From NCBI GenBank assembly GCA_002316835.1, contig DCEG01000005.1, positions 8,884 through 72,319 of the forward strand: a DNA stretch of 63,436 nt, written 5' to 3'. Position numbers and translations under genes: made by a program. This DNA is from Bacteroidales bacterium UBA1035 (GTDB taxonomy: Bacteria > Bacteroidota > Bacteroidia > Bacteroidales > Dysgonomonadaceae). Below, piece by piece: positions 29,590 through 40,626 of this stretch. A model generated the notes under the pieces. It made no database searches. It had not been told where the DNA came from and was given only the letters and a program-made list of their open reading frames with translations. Every line of letters starts with the position of its first letter. Position 1 is the stretch's first letter.

Positions 29590-31818
29590 ATGAGTACTCT
29601 ATCCAGGATAATAACAACATTGTTTATTCTGACAGTTCCCACCATTTCGTTCTCTCAGGAACCGTTGCAAATACAAAAAATGTCCGGCGAGATTAATTTC
29701 GACGGACATGTGAATGAGGATGTATGGAATAACCTCCCTCTTTTGCCCATGCTCGTGAATACGCCTAATTTCGGGAGCCGGCCTTCTGAAGAAAGTGAAG
29801 TGATGATCACCTATGACGACGAATATTTATGGGTGGGTGCCCGGCTTTTGACGAAAGACCCGTCCACCATTACGACAAACAGCATGAAGAGGGACGAAAT
29901 GAACATGAACTCCGATGTTTTTGGAATCATGTTGGATACGTATAACGATAACGAGAATGCATACTCTTTTACTACTATGCCCACAGGTGCCCGAATAGAT
30001 GCTGCTATATCCGGCGATGGTTCAATGATGGGGATTAATGCCGATTGGAACACGTTTTGGGATGTAAAAACATCACGCGATGATAAAGGCTGGTATGTAG
30101 AAATGCGCATTCCGTTCACGAGCCTTCGTTTTCAGCCGCAAGGCAATATAACTACCATGGGAGTGATCGCAAACCGTTACATCAGTTATCTGAACGAAAT
30201 GGACACGTATCCCGCCATCGATCCGCGGTACGGGCAAACGGCGCACCTGAAACCATCATTGGCGTCTGAAATTAAGATGGAGATTTCCAAAACAAAGCGT
30301 CCGGTATATATTTCTCCTTACGTCATTGGCGGATATGATAGAAAATGGAGGTTGAATCCTGACAGAACAAAATACGTAAAAGATAACGACACGCCACTCA
30401 ATGCCGGATTAGACATAAAATACAGCGTAACCAGTAACCTGACACTTGATCTTACTGTGAATCCCGATTTTGCGCAGGTGGAAGCCGATAATCAGCAAGT
30501 TAACATGACACGGTACTCACTGTTTTTTCCTGAAAAAAGAGCCTTTTTTCAGGAAGGATCCAATATTTTCGATTTCAATCTGCTTGGTTTTACAAGGCTT
30601 TTTCATAGCCGCAACATCGGTCTTCGTGACGGACAACCGGTAACCATCTTGGGTGGAGCACGTTTGTACGGTTCCGTAGGTGAGTGGGATTTAGGCGTTT
30701 TGAACATGCAGACGGAAAAAACATCGGCAACACCCGGTGAAAACTTCGGTGTGGTAAGAGCGCGAAGAGGAATTATCAATCAGTATTCTTACCTGGGCGG
30801 AATGGTTACTTCACGCGTTGGAACCGACGGACACTGGAATTTCGCTTACGGACTGGATGGAAATGTACGTGTAGTCGGTGATGAATACGTTTTCTTCAGG
30901 ATGTCACAAACGTTCGATAATAAAATAACCAATAACCTTAAACTGGAAAATAAAAAGCCCGATGATATATTCGCCTACATCGGCTGGCAACGAAGACGTC
31001 AGGACGGATTTTATTATATGTCCAGTTTAAAATACACCGGACAACATTTAACTCCGGGGGTTGGATATGTTCAGAAACAAGGTTTGTACGGAATTTATGC
31101 AAATATCGGCTATGGTTTCATGCCCGGTGAAAAATCCAACATATTCCTTCATGGGCCAACGTTCATTTACGACATAGAAAAAAGGGTAGTAGATGATGGA
31201 ATGGATTGGCATGTGATCAATCCCGGGTGGCAAATGCAAACAAAAAGTGGTTTCAGGGCAACGGCTGATATACGTTATGAACAACAAGGTGCTCATTGGG
31301 ATTTTCCCATCTGGAGTATTATTATTCCAAAAGGAGACTACGCTTACACCACGTTTAATACCACACTTAGCAACTCACCCGCTAAGAAGCTTTCGTATCA
31401 GTTACGCTCAACATTGGGCCAATTCTATGACGGACAAAGTTATCAGGTGCAGATTACTCCTCGCTGGAATGTATCAGCTAATTTACAGGTCGGAGCCATG
31501 TATTCTTTTAATGCGTTGCGCTTTCCGAAAAGACCGACAAACGATAAACTCGACATCCACATGACCAACATTAATGCGCTTTATATGTTTAATACTAAAC
31601 TATCTGTAAGTGCATTTGTACAGTATGTGAATACTTCTAAAGATTTGGTTTCAAATGTTCGCTTACGTTACAATCCAAGTGAAGGGAACGATTTGTACAT
31701 TGTGTTCAACGATGCCCGCCGGATGGGCAGCAGCGCGGGAGTCACTCCCGTTCCGCCGTCGTTTTACAACAATACCGTCATGGTAAAATATACACACACG
31801 TTTACGATGAAACTATAA
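29590..31818 (+). CDS. DUF5916 / CBM9-like domain outer-membrane protein (second paralog)
   Basis: INFDGHVNEDVW; NPDFAQVEAD…FFPEKRAFF; C-terminal KYTHTF. Confidence 0.82.
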   Translation: MSTLSRIITTLFILTVPTISFSQEPLQIQKMSGEINFDGHVNEDVWNNLPLLPMLVNTPNFGSRPSEESEVMITYDDEYLWVGARLLTKDPSTITTNSMKRDEMNMNSDVFGIMLDTYNDNENAYSFTTMPTGARIDAAISGDGSMMGINADWNTFWDVKTSRDDKGWYVEMRIPFTSLRFQPQGNITTMGVIANRYISYLNEMDTYPAIDPRYGQTAHLKPSLASEIKMEISKTKRPVYISPYVIGGYDRKWRLNPDRTKYVKDNDTPLNAGLDIKYSVTSNLTLDLTVNPDFAQVEADNQQVNMTRYSLFFPEKRAFFQEGSNIFDFNLLGFTRLFHSRNIGLRDGQPVTILGGARLYGSVGEWDLGVLNMQTEKTSATPGENFGVVRARRGIINQYSYLGGMVTSRVGTDGHWNFAYGLDGNVRVVGDEYVFFRMSQTFDNKITNNLKLENKKPDDIFAYIGWQRRRQDGFYYMSSLKYTGQHLTPGVGYVQKQGLYGIYANIGYGFMPGEKSNIFLHGPTFIYDIEKRVVDDGMDWHVINPGWQMQTKSGFRATADIRYEQQGAHWDFPIWSIIIPKGDYAYTTFNTTLSNSPAKKLSYQLRSTLGQFYDGQSYQVQITPRWNVSANLQVGAMYSFNALRFPKRPTNDKLDIHMTNINALYMFNTKLSVSAFVQYVNTSKDLVSNVRLRYNPSEGNDLYIVFNDARRMGSSAGVTPVPPSFYNNTVMVKYTHTFTMKL

Positions 31819-31884
31819 CGGAAAAATATTCCGGTTTTTCTACATGGTAAATTGATTGAGTAAACATCTAAATAATAAAGAAAT

Positions 31885-32730
31885 ATGAAAACAGTGACGT
31901 TGAACAATGGCGTAGAAATGCCTATTCTGGGATATGGAGTGTATCAAGTCCCCGATTACGACGAATGCAAAAGAAGTGTTCTGACAGCTCTTGAAACCGG
32001 TTACCGGAGTATTGACACGGCACAGGCTTACGGCAATGAAAAGGCGGTTGGCGATGCCATCAGAGAAAGTGGTATTCCGCGCGATGAATTATTCATCACC
32101 ACAAAATTATGGATATCACACTACGGTTACGAAAAAGCAAAGAAAGCTTTCGCGGAATCCATGGAAAAACTGCAGCTGGAAACACTGGATCTATACCTCC
32201 TGCATCAGCCCTTTAATAACATATACGGTGCGTGGCACGCTTTGCAGGAATTGTACAAGGAAAGGAAAATTCGTGCTATCGGCGTAAGCAATTTCTTTCC
32301 CGACCGGTTAGTGGATCTGATCGAATTCAACGAAGTTACGCCCGCATTGAATCAGATTGAAACACATCCGTTTTACCAGCGGAACGACGACCGCAGGATA
32401 ATGGATGAATACAACGTTCGTCACGAATCGTGGGCGCCATTTGTCGAAGGAAAAGACGATTTCTTCAACAATAAAATTCTCAGCGAAATCGGTAAAAAGT
32501 ATGGAAAATCCGTAGCTCAGGTTACTTTACGCTGGCTAATTCAGCGCGATGTGGTGGTAATCCCGAAATCGGTAACGCCTTCGCGCATCAAGGAAAATTT
32601 TGACGTATTCGATTTTGAATTATCTGAAAACGACATGAACACCATTGCGAAAATGGACACAAACACCCATAAATTCCTGGATCATAAAGATCCGGAAGTG
32701 GTAAAGATTTTTGCGAGTTGGGCTAAATAA
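31885..32730 (+). CDS. Aldo/keto reductase (2,5-diketo-D-gluconate reductase-like)
   Basis: [25 protein letters not shown]. Confidence 0.92.
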   Translation: MKTVTLNNGVEMPILGYGVYQVPDYDECKRSVLTALETGYRSIDTAQAYGNEKAVGDAIRESGIPRDELFITTKLWISHYGYEKAKKAFAESMEKLQLETLDLYLLHQPFNNIYGAWHALQELYKERKIRAIGVSNFFPDRLVDLIEFNEVTPALNQIETHPFYQRNDDRRIMDEYNVRHESWAPFVEGKDDFFNNKILSEIGKKYGKSVAQVTLRWLIQRDVVVIPKSVTPSRIKENFDVFDFELSENDMNTIAKMDTNTHKFLDHKDPEVVKIFASWAK

Positions 32731-33732
<1,002 letters not shown>

Positions 33733-33750
33733 AGAAAAATGATAAACATT

Positions 33751-33784
33751 AAAAAGGGGCTATCAAACTTGACAACCCCTTTTA
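33751..33784. terminator. Bidirectional terminator
   Basis: AAAAAGGGG…CCCCTTTTT between convergent genes. Confidence 0.7.
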
Positions 33785-33793
33785 TGTTATATT

Positions 33794-35242
33794 CTACAAA
33801 CTCTCGCCAAAATCTTCTTTAAATTTCTCTATGAGTTTTTGTGGCCAATCGTTTACAGGTTCCAAACCACCCATAAAGAAGCGAAGAACAGGTGGTTCAT
33901 AGAAAAATCGAAGCCCGCCAATCAATTTACGGTTTTCATATAACCAGGTTACACGGTCTTCTACGTATTTAATTTGCGATAACGTGAAAACGCGACGTGG
34001 AACGGCAAGTCTTAGTAACTCCATATCTGCGTATGTTTCGTTTCCGTATTCGTCACGCTGGTTAGAAACCGATCCGCGTTCCATACCACGAATTCCCGAA
34101 ATTAAGAACAGTGCAGCTGCCAGTGCTCCGGCGGGGTATTCTTTTTGTGGAATGTGTTCACAAATCTCCATAGCATTCAGGTGAACTCCTAAAACACCGG
34201 CTGGTTTTATAACCGGAACACCTTTAGCATCCAATGCTTCCACCAGGTATTTTATATAACCCGGACTTTGACAAATAATAGATTCATCCAGTGTTTCGTA
34301 AAGTCCAACTGTCATTGCTTCCATTTCACGAACCGACATACCGCCATAGGTGAGAAATCCTTCGAACAAAGGTACCAAAGCTTCCAGTTCACGATAAATT
34401 TCAAGGCTATCGGTACACATTCCGCCACCGCGGGAAGAACTTAGCTTTCTTGCAGAAAAATATACGAGATCGGCCAGTCCTGTCATTTCTTTCAAGATAT
34501 CGCCCAGAGATGCTTCTTTAAATTCGTCTTCACGCTGCTTTACAAGGAAAGCGTTTTCTCCGATAAGACTGGCATCCAACACTAAACGGATATTGTATTT
34601 ACTGGCAATTGCCCGTACATCCCGCAAGTTTTGTACCGAGAAAGGTTGTCCGCCAATAAGGTTGGTAGAAGCTTCCATTCTGATAAAAGGAATATTTTTG
34701 GCTCCGTGAACCTTTATCACTTCTTCCAGCTTTTCCAGATTCATATTACCTTTAAACGGATGTGAAGAATTAATTACGTACGCTTCATCGTATAACAATT
34801 CTACAATTTTACCGCCATATTGCGTGATATGTGCCATAGCAGTTGTAAAATGATAGTTCATGGGAACCACACTTCCTTTCCTCACGTATGCATTGGAGAT
34901 TATATTTTCGGCAGCGCGTCCTTGGTGAACCGGCAAATAATATTTTTTACCGAGCACTTCCTGAACGGCCTGTTCTAATCGATAAAAACTTTGTGAGCCG
35001 GCGTATGCATCATCGGCTTGCAACATTGCAGCCATCTGATTGTCACTCATAGCGTTAGTTCCACTGTCAGTGAGCATGTCCAGAAATACATCTTTCGTGT
35101 TTAGTCTGAAAGTGTTAAATCCGCCTTCCTGCAATGCTTCCAATCGACGTTCAATGGGTACTAAGTGTAGTTTTTGCACAACACGCACTTTGTGCAGTTC
35201 CAGCGGGATGTTCTCTCCGCTATAAAATTTGATTTCCTGCAT
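33794..35242 (-). CDS. Tryptophanase / tyrosine phenol-lyase family PLP beta-eliminating lyase
   Basis: DMLTDSGT, HQGRAAE, PLP lysine SARK, EGFLTYGG, LRLAVPRR. Confidence 0.88.
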   Translation of the reverse strand: MQEIKFYSGENIPLELHKVRVVQKLHLVPIERRLEALQEGGFNTFRLNTKDVFLDMLTDSGTNAMSDNQMAAMLQADDAYAGSQSFYRLEQAVQEVLGKKYYLPVHQGRAAENIISNAYVRKGSVVPMNYHFTTAMAHITQYGGKIVELLYDEAYVINSSHPFKGNMNLEKLEEVIKVHGAKNIPFIRMEASTNLIGGQPFSVQNLRDVRAIASKYNIRLVLDASLIGENAFLVKQREDEFKEASLGDILKEMTGLADLVYFSARKLSSSRGGGMCTDSLEIYRELEALVPLFEGFLTYGGMSVREMEAMTVGLYETLDESIICQSPGYIKYLVEALDAKGVPVIKPAGVLGVHLNAMEICEHIPQKEYPAGALAAALFLISGIRGMERGSVSNQRDEYGNETYADMELLRLAVPRRVFTLSQIKYVEDRVTWLYENRKLIGGLRFFYEPPVLRFFMGGLEPVNDWPQKLIEKFKEDFGESL

Positions 35243-35500
35243 GATTATTTATTTTATTTTTGTAATGATAAAAGTCTAAATTCCTTTAATCGGTCAGTTT
35301 TAAGCAAAAAAATATATCGTTTTGATAAAACAATTCGCAAAGATATGGCAAATTATAAAACCAAAACTCAATATTGAAGTTTAATTTGAGAAAAACAATT
35401 AAATTGTAATTTTATTAACGATTTTCCCTCAGGAAAACAATTTAATCGTATATTTGCAACAATAATTAATCTCATTGAATAACATTATAAATAAGAACTC

Positions 35501-36463
35501 ATGGATAAACCTTATGTAATAGGTATTGATGTCGGTGGTACTAACACCGTTGTCGGCATTGTTGACAAAAGAGGGCAGATTTTGCGTAGCGGAAGCCTTA
35601 AAACGGCAAAACATGCCGAAGTAGAAGATTATCTGGACGAGCTGAGCCAGGTGATTGAAGAAGTGATCAAGGATATAGCTACCAAAGATCAGATCAAAGG
35701 AATTGGAGCCGGTACTCCCAACGGCAACTATTTCACCGGAAGTATAGAATTTGCCCCCAATCTTCGCTGGAAAGGCGTTATTCCGTTTGCACAAATGTTG
35801 GAAGACAGGGTAGGCATTCCTGTAGCACTCACTAACGATGCCAACGCGGCAGCTATTGGTGAAATGACTTACGGTGCAGCCCGGGGTATGAAGGATTTTA
35901 TCGTTATTACTCTTGGAACCGGTGTAGGAAGTGGAATTGTTGTAAACGGACAAATGGTTTACGGGCACGATGGTTTTGCCGGAGAACTTGGTCACGTTAT
36001 CATGCGCCGTACAAACGGAAGAATCTGCGGTTGCGGAAGAGCAGGATGCCTTGAGGCATATACATCTGCAACGGGTGTGGCACGTACTGCCCGCGAATAC
36101 CTGGAATTGAAACACGATGCTCAGACTCAACTGCGCAATATTCCTATTGATGACATCACATCTAAGGATGTTTTTGATGCAGCTATGGCAGGGGATGAAA
36201 TGGCAAAAGAGATTTTCCGTTTTACCGGTGAAATGCTGGGTGAAGCCTTTGCCGATTTTGTAGCTTTTTCAAGCCCTGAAGCCATCATTCTATTTGGTGG
36301 ACTGGCAAAAGCAGGAGATCTTATCATGAATCCAATCCGTGAATCGATGGAAAGGAACCTGCTACCTATTTTCAAAAACAAAGTGAAACTGATCTTCTCC
36401 GAACTTAAGGAAAGCGATGCCGCCGTTCTGGGTGCCAGCGCATTGGGTTGGGAAGTGAGATAG
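35501..36463 (+). CDS. ROK-family sugar kinase (glucokinase)
   Basis: GIDVGGT, NDANAAA, GELGH, CGCGRAGCLE. Confidence 0.92.
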   Translation: MDKPYVIGIDVGGTNTVVGIVDKRGQILRSGSLKTAKHAEVEDYLDELSQVIEEVIKDIATKDQIKGIGAGTPNGNYFTGSIEFAPNLRWKGVIPFAQMLEDRVGIPVALTNDANAAAIGEMTYGAARGMKDFIVITLGTGVGSGIVVNGQMVYGHDGFAGELGHVIMRRTNGRICGCGRAGCLEAYTSATGVARTAREYLELKHDAQTQLRNIPIDDITSKDVFDAAMAGDEMAKEIFRFTGEMLGEAFADFVAFSSPEAIILFGGLAKAGDLIMNPIRESMERNLLPIFKNKVKLIFSELKESDAAVLGASALGWEVR

Positions 36464-36486
36464 AGAAAGAAACTTCAATAAGAAAT

Positions 36487-36521
36487 GTAGGGTATCGCAT
36501 TTTGTGATACCCTATTTTATT
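36487..36521 (+). terminator. Terminator after the ROK kinase
   Basis: TAGGGTATCGCA…TGTGATACCCTA followed by TTTTATTT. Confidence 0.75.
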
Positions 36522-36637
36522 TAGTAGGCATTCTAAAATGTCACTGTCTTTAAAACCGATTGATGCATCAGCTATATTTGTAACGCAACCTTAAATTTTT
36601 GAACATATCCACACAAAAAAGAGTGTTTTTAAAAGAA

Positions 36638-36659
36638 AAATATCCCAAAATGGATATTT
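36638..36659. promoter_or_regulatory. Candidate palindromic operator
   Basis: AAATATCC-N6-GGATATTT upstream of a TAAACTTG -7-like box. Confidence 0.45.
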
Positions 36660-36763
36660 AACAAATAAATTCATTAAACTTGTAGTGTTAAACTTTTGTA
36701 TGAGGACACGCATATAAAAATCTTATTTCATTGGGATCCATCACTTTTCTAAATTTAATCGGA

Positions 36764-38131
36764 ATGAAAAATAAAGAATTAACACGTAGAACATTCTTGA
36801 GAAAAACATCTTTTGGTGCAGCAGGTTTAACATTAGCATCAAATAATTTTTCCCGGCTTTTTGCAAACATTCAACAAGATTCGAATAAGCTTGCCTTACT
36901 CGGCGGAAATCCCGTACGTCCAAAAGGATCAGTGTTGGGTATAAAATGGCCGGTTATAGAGAAGAGAGATTTGGAAATGTATATTCAGGCTTTTAGGGAC
37001 AAAAACTGGTCGGAGTACAGTAACAGGAAAGAAGAATTTGGTACACAATTTAATGAAGAGTATGCTAAATTCATGGGTGTAAATTATTGTGCAGTGACAA
37101 ATGCAGGTACACAGGCATTGGAAGCTGCGCAACGTGCATTTGATATTGGTCCTGGTGATGAAGTAATTACGCAGACTAATACATTTGTTGCAACACCTCA
37201 ATCGACGTTTAATTTATTTGCCTTACCGATATTAGTTGATACAGATCCGGAAACATTTATGATAAATCCTGATCTGATAGAAGAACGTATTACACGAAAT
37301 ACAAAGGCGATTATACCTGTTCACATAGGTGGAGCCGTAGCAAATATGGACAAAATATTGGCAATTGCTAAAAAGCATAATCTTGCTGTGATCGAAGATT
37401 GTTGTCAGGCGCATTCGGCTGAGTGGAGAAATAAAAAAGTTGGTTCCATTGGAGATTTAGGTTGTTTCAGTTTTCAGCAATTCAAGAGCTTGCCGGCAGG
37501 TGAAGGAGGTGCAGTTATCGGCAATGATGAATATCTTGTTGCAAGAGTTGGGGCATATGTTAACAATGGAAGAGACCCGAGAGGTAAAGGAAGAATTTTT
37601 CCCGGAGCCAATTTACGCCCAACGTCTTTTCAGTCTGCTAATATGTTGTCTCAATTAAAACGCCAGGATGAACAAAATGAACATCGCGATAAAAATGTAA
37701 CATATCTTGAACAATTACTTTCGGGGATTAAGGGTATTAAACCAACCAGGAAATACGATGGGCAAACACGTCGTGCTTATTATGCCTATCAAATGGTCTA
37801 CGAGAAAGAATATTTCAGTGGTCTGTCAAAAGCTAAATTCATGGAGGCGCTTCAGGCAGAAGGAATACCGGTTAATAATGGGATAGATTCAAATCTACAC
37901 AAAGATCCTTTTATAGATGCATATCTGAATCTAGATTCATTTAAAAGAATTTATTCAAAGGAAAGATTGGATAAATACAAAAAAGAATTGCAATGTCCGG
38001 TGAATGAGCATCTCCAGGCAGAAATAGGCATTTCCCTCTATCAGGCTGTTTTCCTGGGTCCTAAAAGAGATATGGAGGATATTGTGACAGCAATAGCGAA
38101 AATACAGAAGAACGCATCAAAGCTTCTGTAA
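36764..38131 (+). CDS. DegT/DnrJ/EryC1/StrS-family PLP aminotransferase with Tat signal
   Basis: TRRTFLRK Tat motif; GPGDEV, EDCCQAH, SFQQFKSLPAGEGG. Confidence 0.88.
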   Translation: MKNKELTRRTFLRKTSFGAAGLTLASNNFSRLFANIQQDSNKLALLGGNPVRPKGSVLGIKWPVIEKRDLEMYIQAFRDKNWSEYSNRKEEFGTQFNEEYAKFMGVNYCAVTNAGTQALEAAQRAFDIGPGDEVITQTNTFVATPQSTFNLFALPILVDTDPETFMINPDLIEERITRNTKAIIPVHIGGAVANMDKILAIAKKHNLAVIEDCCQAHSAEWRNKKVGSIGDLGCFSFQQFKSLPAGEGGAVIGNDEYLVARVGAYVNNGRDPRGKGRIFPGANLRPTSFQSANMLSQLKRQDEQNEHRDKNVTYLEQLLSGIKGIKPTRKYDGQTRRAYYAYQMVYEKEYFSGLSKAKFMEALQAEGIPVNNGIDSNLHKDPFIDAYLNLDSFKRIYSKERLDKYKKELQCPVNEHLQAEIGISLYQAVFLGPKRDMEDIVTAIAKIQKNASKLL

Positions 38132-38191
38132 AAGTTATGGCCGATGAATTACATGATTACAAACTTTATCCTTAATAATTTCAAACTAAAA

Positions 38192-39100
38192 ATGAAAATA
38201 AAAAGATTGAAGTTGCTGGGTGCTTGTATTTTATTTACTGGTATAATTTTTACAAATACTCAGTGTCAGAAATCAAAAGGTTCTAATTTGAATTTATCTT
38301 TTTTGCATGATACAAAAGAATTACCTCGAATAAACAATACTAAACATAATTCACAACAAATAACCGATTTTAAATGGCCGGATGGTAAAAAAATGGCTAT
38401 TAGTCTCACTTTTGATGATGCTCGTTTAACCCAGATCGATAAAGGTATTCCATTACTTGATAAATATGATGTTAAGGCAACATTCTATGTTTCTCCGAAA
38501 CCAATGATGGAGAGATTAGAAGGCTGGAAACAGGCACAAAGAAATGGTCACGACATTGGAAATCATACTCTCTCTCATCCTTGCACCGGAAATTTTGCTT
38601 TCTCGCGAAACAATGCACTGGAAGATCGGACGCTGAAATCACTGAAAACAGAAATTGATTCGGCGAATGTATTGATCAAAGAAGCATTCGGCGTTTTACC
38701 TGTATCGTTTGCTTATCCTTGCGGAAATACTTTTGTCGGGAGAGGTATAAATACGAAGAGCTATGTTCCCCTAATAGCTTCACAATTCGAAACCGGACGG
38801 AAATGGTATGACGAAGGGCCTAACGATCCTTCTTTTTGCGATTTATCACAATTAACAGGTCTGGAACTGGATGGAAAATCATTCGATGAAATACTGAAAC
38901 TAATCGAGTCTGCTAAGAAAAACGGTCAATGGCTGGTCCTTGTGGGGCATGAAATGAATGATGAAGAAGGACAATTGACTTCATTGCTTAGTACAATAGA
39001 GGCTATCTGTCAGTATGCGACTGATCCTGCAAATGGTATCTGGATTGACAATATACACAATATTGCGTCATTTATAAAAGAACAACGAGGCGAAAAATAA
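38192..39100 (+). CDS. Polysaccharide deacetylase (CE4/NodB) family, exported
   Basis: LTFDD, GNHTLSH, FAYPCG, LVGH; N-terminal signal with Cys. Confidence 0.85.
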   Translation: MKIKRLKLLGACILFTGIIFTNTQCQKSKGSNLNLSFLHDTKELPRINNTKHNSQQITDFKWPDGKKMAISLTFDDARLTQIDKGIPLLDKYDVKATFYVSPKPMMERLEGWKQAQRNGHDIGNHTLSHPCTGNFAFSRNNALEDRTLKSLKTEIDSANVLIKEAFGVLPVSFAYPCGNTFVGRGINTKSYVPLIASQFETGRKWYDEGPNDPSFCDLSQLTGLELDGKSFDEILKLIESAKKNGQWLVLVGHEMNDEEGQLTSLLSTIEAICQYATDPANGIWIDNIHNIASFIKEQRGEK

Positions 39101-39195
39101 ACTTTCGAATAAATTTTTTTAAAGATAAGTTGATAAAAAATATTTATCTATCTTAGCAAAAAATAGAAAAACAAATTATTTTATAATATCACAAA

Positions 39196-40515
39196 ATGAC
39201 TACCAGAAGAAACTTTTTAAAACAAACAGCATTTACTGCCACAGGACTGGGATTAATGTCTGTACTGCCCAATCATTTATACGGAAATATCATTGGTGCA
39301 AACGAAAAATTAACATGCGGACTCATTGGAGCAAATGGGATGGGAATGTCTGATTTACGTGCATTTTTGGCCTTGCCAAACACTGCTTGCGCAGCCATCT
39401 GTGATGTGGACCAAAATGTGCTGGATAAACGCATAGCTGATACGGAAAAAATTCAGGGATTTAAACCCAAAGGATATTCCGATTTTCGAAAGATGCTGGA
39501 AAATAAGGATATAGATGTTGTGATCATCGGTACACCCGATCACTGGCATTGTTTACAATATGTTTATGCAGCTCAGGCCGGAAAAGACATTTATTGCGAA
39601 AAACCGTTGGCAAATTCGGTTGCCGAAACAACAGTAATGGAACAAGCTGCAAAACGTTATAATGTTGTTACCCAGGTGGGCATGTGGCAGCGCAGTGATC
39701 CGCATTGGAAAGAAGCTGTTGATTTTGTTCATTCCGGAAAATTAGGTAAAATTCGTACTGTTAGAACGTGGTCTTATCAAGGATGGATGGGTTCTGTCCC
39801 GGTGCGCCCCGATGCGCCTGTTCCTGCCGGAGTCAATTACGACATGTGGTTAGGACCTGCTCCATTAAAACCATTTAATCCAAGCCGGTTTCACTTTACG
39901 TTTCGCTGGTTTTGGGACTATGCAGGAGGTATGATGACAGATTGGGGTGTGCATATCATTGATTATGCCCTGTTTGGGATGAATGCGCAAGGCCCGAAAT
40001 CGGTAATGTCGATGGGTGGAAAATTTGCTTATCCCGACGATGCTTGCGAAACCCCCGATACTCAGCAGGCTCTGTATGAATTCGATGGATTTACCATGCT
40101 TTGGGATCACGGTATTGGAATAGATGGTGGTTATTATGGAAGAACTCATGGCGTTGGTTTCGTGGGTAATAACGGAACATTGGTGGTTGATAGGGGAGGC
40201 TGGGAGGTAATCCCCGAATACAAGAACAACAAACCCGAAATGGAGCGTATTGAGTTGCAGAAAGGTACCGGCAAAGGACTTGAACTTCACATGAAGAATT
40301 TTGTCGATTGCATCAAAGATCGTAGCCTGACTCCTGCAGCAAGCATTGAAATCGCAGGAAATACTGCCCGGGTAGCTCATTTAGGAAATGTGGCATTCAA
40401 AACCGGAAGGCGTTTATATTGGGACAACGATCAAAGGCAATTCTTAAATGACAAAGAGGCCAACAATCTTTTAAAGCCAAATTATCGAAAACCCTGGATA
40501 TTTCCTAAAGTGTGA
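39196..40515 (+). CDS. Gfo/Idh/MocA oxidoreductase with Tat signal
   Basis: TRRNFLK; GTPDHWH, CEKP, DWGVH. Confidence 0.9.
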   Translation: MTTRRNFLKQTAFTATGLGLMSVLPNHLYGNIIGANEKLTCGLIGANGMGMSDLRAFLALPNTACAAICDVDQNVLDKRIADTEKIQGFKPKGYSDFRKMLENKDIDVVIIGTPDHWHCLQYVYAAQAGKDIYCEKPLANSVAETTVMEQAAKRYNVVTQVGMWQRSDPHWKEAVDFVHSGKLGKIRTVRTWSYQGWMGSVPVRPDAPVPAGVNYDMWLGPAPLKPFNPSRFHFTFRWFWDYAGGMMTDWGVHIIDYALFGMNAQGPKSVMSMGGKFAYPDDACETPDTQQALYEFDGFTMLWDHGIGIDGGYYGRTHGVGFVGNNGTLVVDRGGWEVIPEYKNNKPEMERIELQKGTGKGLELHMKNFVDCIKDRSLTPAASIEIAGNTARVAHLGNVAFKTGRRLYWDNDQRQFLNDKEANNLLKPNYRKPWIFPKV

Positions 40516-40535
40516 AATTCTTAAAGTATCGTTTG

Positions 40536-40577
40536 CGTTGCGCCGATTTGTGATATTTTAACAAAATTGGCGCAACG
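40536..40577. terminator. Long hairpin/terminator after the oxidoreductase
   Basis: CGTTGCGCCGATTT…AAATTGGCGCAACG followed by T-run. Confidence 0.65.
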
Positions 40578-40626
40578 TTTTTTATATTTTTTCATCTTAT
40601 GAATAGAACTAGTAATCTATTTACAT

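Noticed and set aside
35243-35345. TnaC-like Trp leader peptide upstream of the lyase
   Set aside because: No ATG-initiated Trp-containing ORF between the minus-strand TATCTTTG box and the start codon
35429-36130. 233-aa minus-strand ORF, and similar ones such as 10973-11608 and 11403-12047
   Set aside because: Antisense shadows of well-supported genes with no recognisable motifs
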